From Cryobacterium sp. (lineage in GTDB: Bacteria > Actinomycetota > Actinomycetes > Actinomycetales > Microbacteriaceae), in the NCBI RefSeq assembly GCF_025463825.1, contig NZ_JAODBG010000035.1:35984-99983 (forward strand): DNA of 64,000 nucleotides, written 5' to 3'. Every line of letters starts with the position of its first letter. Within the stretch, counting starts at the first letter, position 1. Below are positions 27,628 through 36,578 of the stretch, piece after piece. The position numbers were made by a program, and so were the translations under genes. The notes below the pieces were generated by a model. It saw only the letters and a program-made list of their open reading frames with translations, was not told the DNA's origin and ran no database searches.

Positions 27628-29196
27628 ATGACCGACACCATCCGTACCGTGACCGCTGGGCCCGCCGAGGCCGGCACCGCCTGGCCCAATCCGCTGATCG
27701 CCGGGTTCTACCCCGACCCCAGCGTCGTGAAGGTGGGCTCCGATTACTATCTCGCCACCTCCACGTTCGAGTACCTGCCCGGCATCCCGGTGTTCCACAG
27801 CACCGACCTCGTCACGTGGACCCAGCTGGGCCACGTGGTGGAGCGGCCCGGCCAGCTCGCCTCGGCGCACGTGCCGACCCTCGGCGGCGCGTGGGCGCCC
27901 ACCATCCGGCACCGGGGTGGCGTGTTCTACGTCGTGGTGACGGATGCGATGGGCCGCGGCATGCTCATCTTCTCCGCCACCGACCCGGCCGGCCCGTGGA
28001 GCGACGGCACTCTCATCCAGGGCATCCACGGCATCGACACCGACCTCGCCTGGGACGAGGAGGGACTGGCGTACATCACCTACTCGGGACTGGACGTGAC
28101 CAGCGGCGACGCGCCGACCGGCGAGCACAAGGGCATCCTGCAGTTCACCGTGGACCTGGACACGGGCGTGCCGCTGTCGAGCCCCGTGTCGGTGTGGTCG
28201 GGCACCGGGCTGAAGTTCCCCGAGGCCCCGCACCTGTACCAGCACGGCGAGCACTGGTACCTGCTCATCGCCGAGGGCGGCACCGAACGCGGGCACGGCA
28301 TCAGCGTGGCCCGCGGTGACCAGCCCTACGGGCCGTTCACCGCGGGGCCCGAGGTGGGCGGTCCGATCAACCCGATCCTCTCCGCCCGCAGCACCAGCCG
28401 GCCGATCCAGAACACCGGCCACGGCGACCTCGTCGAGACGCCGGACGGCGGCTGGGCGCTGGTGATGCTCGGCATGCGGCCGACCGGCATGACCCAGGCG
28501 TTCTCCGCGCTCGGCCGGGAGACGTTCATCACCAGCGCCCGTTGGGAGAACGGCTGGCTCGCGGCGGACCCGGTGATCCTGAACCCGCGAATCGGCGAGA
28601 CCCTGTTCACGGATGACTTCACCGGCGAGGCGCTGGCCCCGGAGTGGATCGCGGTGCGGCGCTACCCGGCCGAGGTGGCCACCCTGGCCGGCGGGCGGCT
28701 GGTCCTGGCGGGCGAGCGCACCACCCTCGACGCCGAACAACCCGTGCTCGTCGGTGTGCGGCAGCGGAACCCCTGGTCGAGCACCTCGGTGCGGGTGGAG
28801 CCCGGCTCCGGCCTCGGCGGCCTGGGCGTGCGCTACGACGAGGACCACCACTACGAGATCGAGGTGGGCGACGGCATCGTGACGGCCCGCGCCTGCGTGG
28901 CGGGCATCCGCCAGGAGTGGACCACCAAGCTGGCGCCGGAGCTCGTTGTGGACGGCGCCGTCACTCTCGGTCTCGACACGGTGCCGCCGGATGCGACGTC
29001 GATGCTGTCCGGCCTGACCAGCGACCTCGTGGTGCTCAGCGTGGGCACCGGCGCGGCACGGGTGGAGCTGGCGCGGGTGGACGGCCGCTACCTCTCCCAG
29101 GAGACCGCGGCCTCGTTCACCGGCCGCGTCCTCGTGCTCTACGCGGTACGCGGCGAGGTCGCCTTCGCCGCCTTCCGCTACTCCGGCACCGAGTAA
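27628..29196 (+). CDS. Glycoside hydrolase family 43 (beta-xylosidase/alpha-L-arabinofuranosidase type)
   Basis: N-terminus NPLIAGFYPDPSVVKVGSDYYLATSTFEYLPGIPVFHSTDLVTW is typical of XynB-like GH43. It starts 8 nt after the GH3 stop. Confidence 0.8.
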   Translation: MTDTIRTVTAGPAEAGTAWPNPLIAGFYPDPSVVKVGSDYYLATSTFEYLPGIPVFHSTDLVTWTQLGHVVERPGQLASAHVPTLGGAWAPTIRHRGGVFYVVVTDAMGRGMLIFSATDPAGPWSDGTLIQGIHGIDTDLAWDEEGLAYITYSGLDVTSGDAPTGEHKGILQFTVDLDTGVPLSSPVSVWSGTGLKFPEAPHLYQHGEHWYLLIAEGGTERGHGISVARGDQPYGPFTAGPEVGGPINPILSARSTSRPIQNTGHGDLVETPDGGWALVMLGMRPTGMTQAFSALGRETFITSARWENGWLAADPVILNPRIGETLFTDDFTGEALAPEWIAVRRYPAEVATLAGGRLVLAGERTTLDAEQPVLVGVRQRNPWSSTSVRVEPGSGLGGLGVRYDEDHHYEIEVGDGIVTARACVAGIRQEWTTKLAPELVVDGAVTLGLDTVPPDATSMLSGLTSDLVVLSVGTGAARVELARVDGRYLSQETAASFTGRVLVLYAVRGEVAFAAFRYSGTE

Positions 29197-29212
29197 GCTC
29201 CCGCCCGTTCTC

Positions 29213-29270
29213 GCAACTGTTACCCCTGCGGACAAGTGGTCCCGGCACACCGGGACCACTTGTCCGGTAC
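29213..29270 (+). repeat. About 60-bp palindromic intergenic element (family C); perfect 17-bp stem, 4-nt loop, terminator-like after GH43
   Basis: CGGACAAGTGGTCCCGG (29229-29245) pairs with CCGGGACCACTTGTCCG (29250-29266). Confidence 0.6.
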
Positions 29271-29315
29271 GGGCGCAGTCGCGTCCAACCCGGACTCGCG
29301 TGTCCGACCACACGG

Positions 29316-29349
29316 GATGCACCGCTCGTATTGATGCACCGCTCGTATT
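29316..29349 (+). repeat. Perfect 17-bp tandem duplication GATGCACCGCTCGTATT x2, 11 nt upstream of the APC permease start
   Basis: Read directly: 29316-29332 is identical to 29333-29349. Confidence 0.85.
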
Positions 29350-29360
29350 ACGGTGTCGGA

Positions 29361-30701
29361 ATGACAAACCAGAACACGAGCACTGACCCGCATGAAGGGG
29401 CAGCACCGACACGACCAGCACTCAAACGCGACATCTCCGGCAAGATGTTGTACCTGTTCATTCTGGGCGACGTGCTCGGGGCGGGCATCTACGCGCTGGT
29501 GGGACAGATCGCCGGTGAGGTGGGCGGTGTCACCTGGGTGCCGATGCTCGTCGCGCTGGCCCTGGCCCTGCTCACCGCGGCGTCGTACGCCGAGCTGGTG
29601 ACGAAATACCCCCACGCGGGTGGTTCCGCCGTGTTTGCGGAACGGGCGTACAAACTGCCGTTCGTCGCGTTCCTCGTCGGCTTCTGCATGCTGTCGGCCG
29701 GCGTGGTCAGCGCCGCCGGCCTGTCCCTCGCGTTCGCGGGCGACTACCTCGGCACCTTCATCGACATCGACCCGGTGCTCGGAGCGGTGCTCTTCCTCGC
29801 CGTCGTCGCGGCGCTGAACGCGCGAGGCATCAAGGAGTCCGTGCGGGCCAACCTGGTCATGACGGTTATCGAGACGACCGGGCTGGTGCTCGTTGTGGTT
29901 GCGGTCTCGGTGATGTTCTCCGGCGGCGGCGGGGACCTCTCCCGGGCGGTCCAGTTCGAATCGGGCGCGAACCCCGTGATTGCAGTTTTCGGCGCTGCCC
30001 TCCTGGCCTACTACTCGTTCGTGGGCTTCGAGACCAGCGCCAACGTGATCGAAGAGGTCAAGAACCCGTCCCGGGTGTACCCGCGGGCGTTGTTCGGAGC
30101 GCTGGCGACCGCCGGCATCCTGTACGTGCTGGTGGGCACGGCCGCCTCGGTGGCGGTGCCGGCCGCGGATCTGCAGGACTCCACCGGTCCGTTGCTCACC
30201 GTCGTCCAGGCGACCGGCGTGGCCATCCCGGCCTGGTTGTTCAGCCTGATCGCGTTGGTCGCGGTGGCGAACGGCGCCCTGCTGACATCGATCATGTCCA
30301 GCCGCCTGGCCTACGGCATGGGCACCCAGGGGCTGCTGCCGTCGGTGTTCGCGAAGGTGCTGCCCGGCCGGGGCACGCCGTGGGTCGCGATTCTGATCAC
30401 CACGGCCCTGGCGATGGTGCTCACCGCCACCGGAAGCATCGCGACTCTGGCGGAGACAGTGGTGCTGCTCCTGCTGCTGGTGTTCCTGAGCACCAACATC
30501 GCGGTGCTGGTGCTTCGGAGGGACAAGGTGGAGCACGAGCACTTCCGCGCCTGGAGCGTGCTGCCGGTGCTGGGCGCGCTGTCCTGCCTGGTGCTGCTCA
30601 CCCAGCAGAGCGGCGAGGTGTGGCTGCGCAGCGCCATCATCATCGCCGTCGGTTGCATCCTCTACGCCGCCACGAAGCTGACCCGCCGCGCCCGCGCCTG
30701 A
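29361..30701 (+). CDS. APC-superfamily amino acid permease
   Basis: About 12 TM segments and an N-terminal LKRDISGKMLYLFILGDVLGAGIYALVG motif. ATG 29361 is an internal start of the 28644 ORF. Confidence 0.8.
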   Translation: MTNQNTSTDPHEGAAPTRPALKRDISGKMLYLFILGDVLGAGIYALVGQIAGEVGGVTWVPMLVALALALLTAASYAELVTKYPHAGGSAVFAERAYKLPFVAFLVGFCMLSAGVVSAAGLSLAFAGDYLGTFIDIDPVLGAVLFLAVVAALNARGIKESVRANLVMTVIETTGLVLVVVAVSVMFSGGGGDLSRAVQFESGANPVIAVFGAALLAYYSFVGFETSANVIEEVKNPSRVYPRALFGALATAGILYVLVGTAASVAVPAADLQDSTGPLLTVVQATGVAIPAWLFSLIALVAVANGALLTSIMSSRLAYGMGTQGLLPSVFAKVLPGRGTPWVAILITTALAMVLTATGSIATLAETVVLLLLLVFLSTNIAVLVLRRDKVEHEHFRAWSVLPVLGALSCLVLLTQQSGEVWLRSAIIIAVGCILYAATKLTRRARA

Positions 30702-30716
30702 CGCGGCTCCATTGTC

Positions 30717-30777
30717 CGCGAGAGCGGTGCTGCGGTCACCTCCGCACACGGGAAGCAACCGTCTCGCCGCTCTCGCG
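30717..30777. repeat. Inverted repeat CGCGAGAGCGG ... CCGCTCTCGCG (family D) at the convergent junction APC permease / GNAT
   Basis: Perfect 11-bp arms at 30717-30727 and 30767-30777. It shares the 12-mer GCGAGAGCGGTG with 57208-57219. Confidence 0.6.
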
Positions 30778-30800
30778 AGATGCCAACCGGGGTGGGTGGG

Positions 30801-31268
30801 CTATTGCGGGGGAAGCGGGAGGCACATGAAGACGCTGTGCGGGTCGAGCGTGTAGTCGGCGAAAGGCGGGCAAACGGAGAACCCGTGCCGGCCGTAGAGC
30901 CGCCGGGCCGGTGCGAAGAAGTCTTCGGCGCCGGTCTCCAGGTAGAGGGTCTCGAGCCGGCGGTGCCGGGCCTCGGCCAGAATCCGGGCGAGGAGCATCG
31001 CCGCGATGCCCCGCCCGCGCGCGGCGGGGGTGGTGCGCATGGACTTGAGCTCGCCGTCGTGGCCGGCCAGTTCCTTCAGCGCACCACAGCCCAGCAGTAC
31101 CCCGTCTTCGCGGGCGGTCCAGAAGGTGATACCCGGCGCGGACAACGCCGAGTGGTCAAGGGCGTGCACGCTGTCGGCGGGCGAGGTGGCGAACATGTCT
31201 GCCAAGTGCTCGTCGAGCAGCTGCCGCACATCCGCCCGGGCCGGGTCGTCCCGCGCAATGTCGACCAC
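30801..31268 (-). CDS. GNAT-family N-acetyltransferase
   Basis: Acetyl-CoA binding motif (RGRGIAAMLLARILAEA). 155 aa. Confidence 0.75.
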   Translation of the reverse strand: MVDIARDDPARADVRQLLDEHLADMFATSPADSVHALDHSALSAPGITFWTAREDGVLLGCGALKELAGHDGELKSMRTTPAARGRGIAAMLLARILAEARHRRLETLYLETGAEDFFAPARRLYGRHGFSVCPPFADYTLDPHSVFMCLPLPPQ

Positions 31269-31274
31269 GGCCGG

Positions 31275-32102
31275 TCAGTGCCCGGACACGTCGGAGTCGA
31301 CGCCGACGCCCGGACCCTGGTCGAGGGCGCTCAACGCCTCGACCTCGGCTGTCGCCAGGCTGAAATCGAAGACGTCCAGGTTCTCGCGCAGCCGGCTGGG
31401 GGTCGCGGATTTCGGGATCGCGACCAGGCCGAGGTCCAGGTGCCACCGCAGCACGATCTGCCCCGGGGTCTTGGCGTACTTCTCGGCAAGCCCGGTGATC
31501 AGCGGCTCGGCGAGCAGGGTGTTGCCCTGGCCCAGCGGGCTCCACGACGTCGTGACGATGCCGTGCTCGGCGTTGTAGGCGCGCTGGTCGCCGCGGGGGA
31601 TGTACGGGTTGATCTGGATCTGGTTGACCGCCGGCACCACATCCGTTTCGGCCCATAGCCGCTCAAGGTGCGCCGGCTTGAAATTGGAGACGCCGATCGA
31701 GCGGGCCTTCCCCTCGGCGAGCAGCTTCTCGAAGGTGCGCCAGGTCGACACATACAGATCACGCGCGGGCAACGGCCAGTGCATCAGCAGCAGGTCGACG
31801 TAGTCCAGGCCAAGCCGGGCGAGCGATGCGTCCAGGCCGGCGATGGCCTTGTCGTTCCCCTGATAGGTGCCGTCGAGCTTGGTCGTGACGAAAAGCTCCT
31901 CGCGGCGCAGGCCACAGTCGCGGATGCCCCGGCCGACGCCGGTTTCGTTCCCGTATTTCGCCGCGGTGTCGATGTGCCGGTAGCCCAGCTCGACGGCGGT
32001 GACGATCACCGGCGCGACCTCCGCGTCGGTGAGCGGCCAGGTGCCCAGGCCCAATCGCGGGATTGTGTGGCCGTTGTTGAGGGACATTTCTGGTGCAGTC
32101 AC
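31275..32102 (-). CDS. Aldo/keto reductase (2,5-diketo-D-gluconate reductase-like)
   Basis: LGLGTW, IDTAAKYGNE and LLMHWP motifs. 275 aa. Confidence 0.85.
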   Translation of the reverse strand: MTAPEMSLNNGHTIPRLGLGTWPLTDAEVAPVIVTAVELGYRHIDTAAKYGNETGVGRGIRDCGLRREELFVTTKLDGTYQGNDKAIAGLDASLARLGLDYVDLLLMHWPLPARDLYVSTWRTFEKLLAEGKARSIGVSNFKPAHLERLWAETDVVPAVNQIQINPYIPRGDQRAYNAEHGIVTTSWSPLGQGNTLLAEPLITGLAEKYAKTPGQIVLRWHLDLGLVAIPKSATPSRLRENLDVFDFSLATAEVEALSALDQGPGVGVDSDVSGH

Positions 32103-32284
32103 GAAGTGCCTTTCCGCTGGTGCGTTCCGACGGCATCACGAGTCGCCGCAGTCGGCAACGCCGACTCTTAAAAATAGCCGAGGCGCGCACCGGCCAGAGG
32201 TGATAAACCAATATGGGCGGAGTTCGCCAGGACCAGGCCCGCCCGAGTTACCGATTCGTTGACAACCCGGAAGGAAATCGAACC

Positions 32285-32887
32285 ATGGCCACCTTCAAGA
32301 TCGGCTACCTGGTGGGAAGCCTCGCCAAGGACTCCATCAACCGCACGCTGTCCACCGCGTTGATCAGGCTCGCGCCGCCGGAACTGGACTTCACCGAGAT
32401 CCCGATCCGGGACCTCCCGCTGTACAGCTCGGACTACGACGCCGACTACCCGCCGACCGGGCGGATGTTCAAGTCGCTGATCGAGGCATCCGACGGCCTG
32501 CTGTTCGTGTCGCCCGAATACAACAGGTCGATCCCCGGCGCGCTCAAGAACGCCATCGACTGGGGCTCCCGGCCCTGGGGGGCCAATTCGTTCGCCCGCA
32601 AGCCCACCGGAATCATCGGCGCCTCCCCGGGCGGCATCGGCACCGCCGTGATGCAGTCCTCCATGCGCAGCGTCCTGAGCTTCCTCGACGCCCCGCAGCT
32701 GAACTCGCCGGAGGCCTACATCCAGTTCAACGCCGACGTGTTCACTGCGGACGGCGAGGTCACCAACCAGGGCACCAGGGCCTTCCTGGGTCACTACATG
32801 GAGGAATACTCCGCGTTCGTGCAGCGGGTACTGGCCGCGAACGCGCCCGGGCACATCGGTGACGAACACCCGGATTCGCGCAAGTAG
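32285..32887 (+). CDS. NADPH-dependent FMN reductase (ChrR/YieF-like)
   Basis: MATFKIGYLVGSLAKDSINR and LLFVSPEYNRSIPGALKNAIDW motifs. ATG 32285 is an internal start of the 32213 ORF. Confidence 0.8.
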   Translation: MATFKIGYLVGSLAKDSINRTLSTALIRLAPPELDFTEIPIRDLPLYSSDYDADYPPTGRMFKSLIEASDGLLFVSPEYNRSIPGALKNAIDWGSRPWGANSFARKPTGIIGASPGGIGTAVMQSSMRSVLSFLDAPQLNSPEAYIQFNADVFTADGEVTNQGTRAFLGHYMEEYSAFVQRVLAANAPGHIGDEHPDSRK

Positions 32888-33039
32888 CCGCGCCCGGCAG
32901 GTCGACCACGTCGGGATTCCGCCTCCGAAACCGACAAGCTCTCCTCGCAGCCGCCGGGTTCGAACCGGCCGGGCGCGCCCTCGCGCAGGACCCCGATTCG
33001 CGCACGGCCCACGCCCCGGCCGGGCGGCTGAACCCTGGG

Positions 33040-34092
33040 TCAGTCCCGGCGCCACGCCTCGCCGAGGGAGCTGCGTCGCGGAACCAGATCCGGTTTGATG
33101 ACGACGGTCTGCTTCGCGGTCGAATGCCCGCCGCGGATCTCCTCGATCAGGAGCTGCGCGGCCACCCGGCCCATTTCCTCACCGTGCTGGCTGATCGTCG
33201 AGACCGGGATGGCGCTCTCCGACGCAAAGTGGTTGTTGTCGTAGCCCACGAAGGCCAGATCGGTGGGCACTTCATAGCCGGCCTTGCCATCGAGAACCTG
33301 GATCGCACCGACGGCGAGGAGGTCAGAGGCGGCGACGACGCCGTCGAAGGTTCCCGGGGCCCGGGTCAGAATCTCCTGCCCCGCCTGCCGCCCGTGGGAG
33401 ATCTTGAGCGCTCGCGTCTGGATGTGCTCGAGGCTCACCCCCGGGCTCGCCGCCACGGCGGCCCGCGCACCGGCGAGACGCTGGGCGACGGCGGTGAGCA
33501 TCAGCGGTCCGCCCAGGAAGACCAGCCGTCTGCGTCCAAGGCTGATGAGGTGGCGGGCGGCCTCGTAGCCGCCGTGGACCTCGTCCGCGACCACGCCGGA
33601 ATAGCTCCCGGATTCCGATTCGTAGTTCACCAAGACCAGGGGAGTGCTCCGCAGCAGCGAGTTGGCCTTGCGGGTGAAGGCCGAGTCGAGCGGGGCCAGC
33701 AAGACGCCCGCCACCCTGGACTCCTCGAAGAGGCTGATGTTCATCGCCTGTTTTGCCAGGTCCACATCCGAGTTCGCGATGAGGAGGTTCATCCCGTGCT
33801 CCCGCACGGTCGACTCGGCGCCCCGGGCGATGTCGACGAAGAACGAGTTGCTGAGGTCCGCCAGCACGATGCCGATGGTATTGCTGGTTCCCGCCGCCAG
33901 TGAACGGGCGGCGTCGTTGCGGATGAAGCCGAGTTCGGCGATCGAGGCCATCACCTTGCGCCGCGTGCCTTCCCGGACTTTCTCCGGGTTGTTCAAGGCA
34001 TTCGAGACGGTGCCCAGGGCCACGCCGGCGTGCCGGGCGACGTCCGCCATGCTCGGGGCGGACCTCCCGGGCTCTCTCCGCGCCTGTGCCAC
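33040..34092 (-). CDS. LacI-family transcriptional regulator
   Basis: HTH (SMADVARHAGVALGTVSNALNNPEKV) plus a periplasmic-binding-protein-like core. The start is GTG 34092, or possibly ATG 34050. Divergent from the sugar ABC locus. Confidence 0.85.
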   Translation of the reverse strand: MAQARREPGRSAPSMADVARHAGVALGTVSNALNNPEKVREGTRRKVMASIAELGFIRNDAARSLAAGTSNTIGIVLADLSNSFFVDIARGAESTVREHGMNLLIANSDVDLAKQAMNISLFEESRVAGVLLAPLDSAFTRKANSLLRSTPLVLVNYESESGSYSGVVADEVHGGYEAARHLISLGRRRLVFLGGPLMLTAVAQRLAGARAAVAASPGVSLEHIQTRALKISHGRQAGQEILTRAPGTFDGVVAASDLLAVGAIQVLDGKAGYEVPTDLAFVGYDNNHFASESAIPVSTISQHGEEMGRVAAQLLIEEIRGGHSTAKQTVVIKPDLVPRRSSLGEAWRRD

Positions 34093-34175
34093 AGAACTAC
34101 CCCTGCTCTCATCGACGAGTCCGTCGCTGCTCGAATACTCCCACGTTCCGCGGCCGTTCCGCCCGCGAACTAAAA

Positions 34176-34187
34176 TGAAGCGTTCCA
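34176..34187. promoter_or_regulatory. LacI-type operator-like site TGAAGCGTTCCA
   Basis: CG-centred imperfect palindrome in the LacI / SBP divergent region. Confidence 0.3.
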
Positions 34188-34205
34188 AAACGTAACAAGA
34201 AAAGG

Positions 34206-34253
34206 TTGACAGATGTAGGGCCCCGCGCCTAAGTTCCCAGATGAATCGCTTCA
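34206..34253 (+). promoter_or_regulatory. Putative promoter (TTGACA, 18 nt spacer, TAAGTT) followed by a LacI-type operator TGAATCGCTTCA
   Basis: TTGACA at 34206-34211, TAAGTT at 34230-34235, operator at 34242-34253, then the AAGGAGG SD and GTG 34285. Confidence 0.45.
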
Positions 34254-34284
34254 ATCCTGGAGCTTCGCACTTCAAGGAGGAATT

Positions 34285-35616
34285 GTGATCACAGCACCGA
34301 ACTCACGAATGAGGCGTATCGCGCCCCTCGTGGCCGTCCTGGGAGCGGGAGCGCTCCTGCTCACCGGTTGCGGCCCCGCCGGCGGCGACGCCACCGCCGG
34401 AAGCGGCAAATTCACCTACCTCGGTCAGACCGAGAACACCACCATCATCGGCACGCTCAAGACGCTCGCGACCGACCAGTGCGCAGCCGAGGAGAAGGCC
34501 GCCCCGCTGACCGCCGACAAATCGGCCGGCCCGCAGTTCGACCAGAAGCTCCAGCTGCTCGCCGGCCAGGACGCCCTGTCGAACATGTTGATGGCCGCCG
34601 GTACCCCCTCGCTGATGAAGCAGTTCATCGATGCGGACCAGCTCGTCGACCTCTCGGCGGAGCTCGACGAGCTCGGCGTCTCCGACAAGATCCTGCCCGC
34701 GGCGGAATCCACCATCAAGGCGCTGTACGGCGAGGACACGCTGTACTCGCTGCCCACCGAGTTCAACATCGAGGGCTTCCGGTACAACAAGCAGATCCTG
34801 GCCGACAACGGCATCGAGGCTCCGGCCACCTGGGATGACCTCGTCGCGGCCGCCGCGACTCTCGACGGCGCCGGCGTGCAGCCGTTCTCCGCGGCCGGCA
34901 AGGACGGCTGGCCCATCACCAGGCTCGTCGGCGACTACATCGCCCGTGACCTGGGCCCCGACGCCCTGCAGGCCGTGGCCGACGGTGACGCCAAGCTCAC
35001 CGACCCCGAGTACGTCAAGGCGGCCGACGAGGTCGCCGCCCTCGGCGAGGCCGGCTACTTCGGCGAAGCGATCGGCTCGATCGACTACAACGCCGCCATC
35101 AAAGAGTTCCTCACCGGCAAGTCCGCCTTCTTCTACATGGGCAGCTGGGCGCTGGCGAACTTCAACGACGAGGAACAGAACGCCATCGGCGCCGACAACA
35201 TCGGCTTCGCACCGTTCCCCGGCGTCGAGGGCGGCCAGGGCGCGATCGACCAGGTTCCGGCCAACGTCGGCGTTCCGGTCATGTTCGCGAAGAAGGGCTT
35301 CGGTGAGAGCCAGGCGGCCTGGCTGAAGTGCATCGTCTCCAACTACGGCGACGCCGTGCTCAACGAGAGCGGCGTGGTGTCCGGGTTCGCACTCGACAGC
35401 CCACCCGCCGGTCTGCCGGAAACGACCCAGATCGTGCAGCAGCAGATCCAGGATGCGCCGTCGAGCATCCTCTGGTTCGAGGCGCTGTTCACCTCCAAGG
35501 GCACCAGTGTCAGCAGACCAATGGCGGTGGGCTTGCCAGCGGCAGCCTCAGCGGAGCCGAGTTCAAGAAACTCGTCCAGGCAGCCAACGACGAGGGGTGA
35601 TTCCTCGCCCTCGTAG
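34285..35616 (+). CDS. CUT1 sugar ABC substrate-binding lipoprotein; the 3' end is probably frameshifted
   Basis: Lipobox LLLTGCGPAGG and an AAGGAGG SD. The last ~35 codons read as Ser/Pro/Arg-rich junk. The overlapping frame ending at 35600 reads QTNGGGLASGSLSGAEFKKLVQAANDEG, which looks like a genuine SBP C-terminus. Confidence 0.7.
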   Translation: MITAPNSRMRRIAPLVAVLGAGALLLTGCGPAGGDATAGSGKFTYLGQTENTTIIGTLKTLATDQCAAEEKAAPLTADKSAGPQFDQKLQLLAGQDALSNMLMAAGTPSLMKQFIDADQLVDLSAELDELGVSDKILPAAESTIKALYGEDTLYSLPTEFNIEGFRYNKQILADNGIEAPATWDDLVAAAATLDGAGVQPFSAAGKDGWPITRLVGDYIARDLGPDALQAVADGDAKLTDPEYVKAADEVAALGEAGYFGEAIGSIDYNAAIKEFLTGKSAFFYMGSWALANFNDEEQNAIGADNIGFAPFPGVEGGQGAIDQVPANVGVPVMFAKKGFGESQAAWLKCIVSNYGDAVLNESGVVSGFALDSPPAGLPETTQIVQQQIQDAPSSILWFEALFTSKGTSVSRPMAVGLPAAASAEPSSRNSSRQPTTRGDSSPS

Positions 35617-35619
35617 TAC

Positions 35620-35647
35620 GGGGGCGCGGTGTCCGCGCCGCGCCCCC
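35620..35647 (+). other. 10-bp GC stem hairpin between the SBP and first permease gene
   Basis: GGGGGCGCGG pairs with CCGCGCCCCC, with an 8-nt loop. Confidence 0.45.
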
Positions 35648-35690
35648 GCTCCTTCCCCGCTGCCCCGGCAGCCAACAGACGGAAAGAACC

Positions 35691-36575
35691 ATGGAAAGAG
35701 TCCTCGGCGACAAGCGCGCCATCCTGATCCTTCTCGGGCCGGCCCTCGTGGTCTACTCGCTCATCATGCTCGTCCCAATCGTCTGGTCACTCGGCTACAC
35801 GGTCCTGGACGGCAACCCGATCGTCGGCTTCACCTTCAACGGCTTCGGCAACTTCATCAAGTTCTTCCAGGACCCCGCGGCCTGGAGCGTCATCTGGTTC
35901 ACCGTCCGGTTCGCGATCGTGATGACCGTGCTCCAGGTCGGCGCCGGCTTCGGGCTCTCCCCGCTCTACGTCTTCTGGTTGAAGAGGTCGTCGTCGGCGA
36001 TCCGCACCATCATCTTCTTTCCGATCGTGCTGCCGACCGTGGCCGTCGCGCTGCTGTTCCAGCGACTATTCGAGGCCGCCCCGACCACCGGGCCGGTCAA
36101 CTCGTTCCTGGGCCTCTTCGGCATTGAATCGATCGACTGGTTCGGCACGCCGGATGCGTCGTTCTGGATCCTGCTGCTGATGGGCCTGTGGCAGTCGATG
36201 GGTTTCTACGGCGTCCTGCTCTACGCCGGCCTGCTCGACATCCCCGAGGAGATGCTCGAGTCCGCCCGCCTCGACGGTGCCGGCGGCTGGAAGCTCATCC
36301 GCACCATCGTGCTGCCGCTCTCGCTCCCGGTGCTGCTGTCGTCGCTGATCTTCAGCATCAACGGCACCCTCAAGGTCTTCGACAGCGTCGTCGCCCTGAC
36401 CAACGGCGGCCCGGGCAACGCCACGACCCCGCTGACGGTCTACATGTTCCAGACCTCGTTCACCTACGGGCAATACGGCTACGGCAGCACGATCGCCCTG
36501 ATGCTGACGATCCTCTGCCTGATCTTCACCATCTTCATCTTCCGGTCCACGCGCCGCGACGTCACGAAGGGCTGA
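35691..36575 (+). CDS. Sugar ABC transporter permease (MalF/UgpA-like)
   Basis: 6 TM segments and an EAA-loop region (ESARLDGAGGWKLIRTIVLP). Confidence 0.85.
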   Translation: MERVLGDKRAILILLGPALVVYSLIMLVPIVWSLGYTVLDGNPIVGFTFNGFGNFIKFFQDPAAWSVIWFTVRFAIVMTVLQVGAGFGLSPLYVFWLKRSSSAIRTIIFFPIVLPTVAVALLFQRLFEAAPTTGPVNSFLGLFGIESIDWFGTPDASFWILLLMGLWQSMGFYGVLLYAGLLDIPEEMLESARLDGAGGWKLIRTIVLPLSLPVLLSSLIFSINGTLKVFDSVVALTNGGPGNATTPLTVYMFQTSFTYGQYGYGSTIALMLTILCLIFTIFIFRSTRRDVTKG

Positions 36576-36578
36576 CCC

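Noticed and set aside
32890-32977. tRNA-like segment in the convergent spacer between the FMN reductase and LacI genes. It has a perfect 7-bp acceptor-like stem (GCGCCCG / CGGGCGC), a GCCGG-GTTCGAA-CCGGC arm and a class II-like 88-nt length.
   Set aside because: No D-arm with a GG loop can be drawn, and the putative anticodon loop lacks U33. The T-loop is shifted by one position (GTTCGAA instead of TTCGAAT closed by G53-C61), and the 3' end reads GCCC rather than a CCA context. It is most likely chance GC-rich pairing or a terminator structure. tRNAscan-SE or Infernal would settle it.
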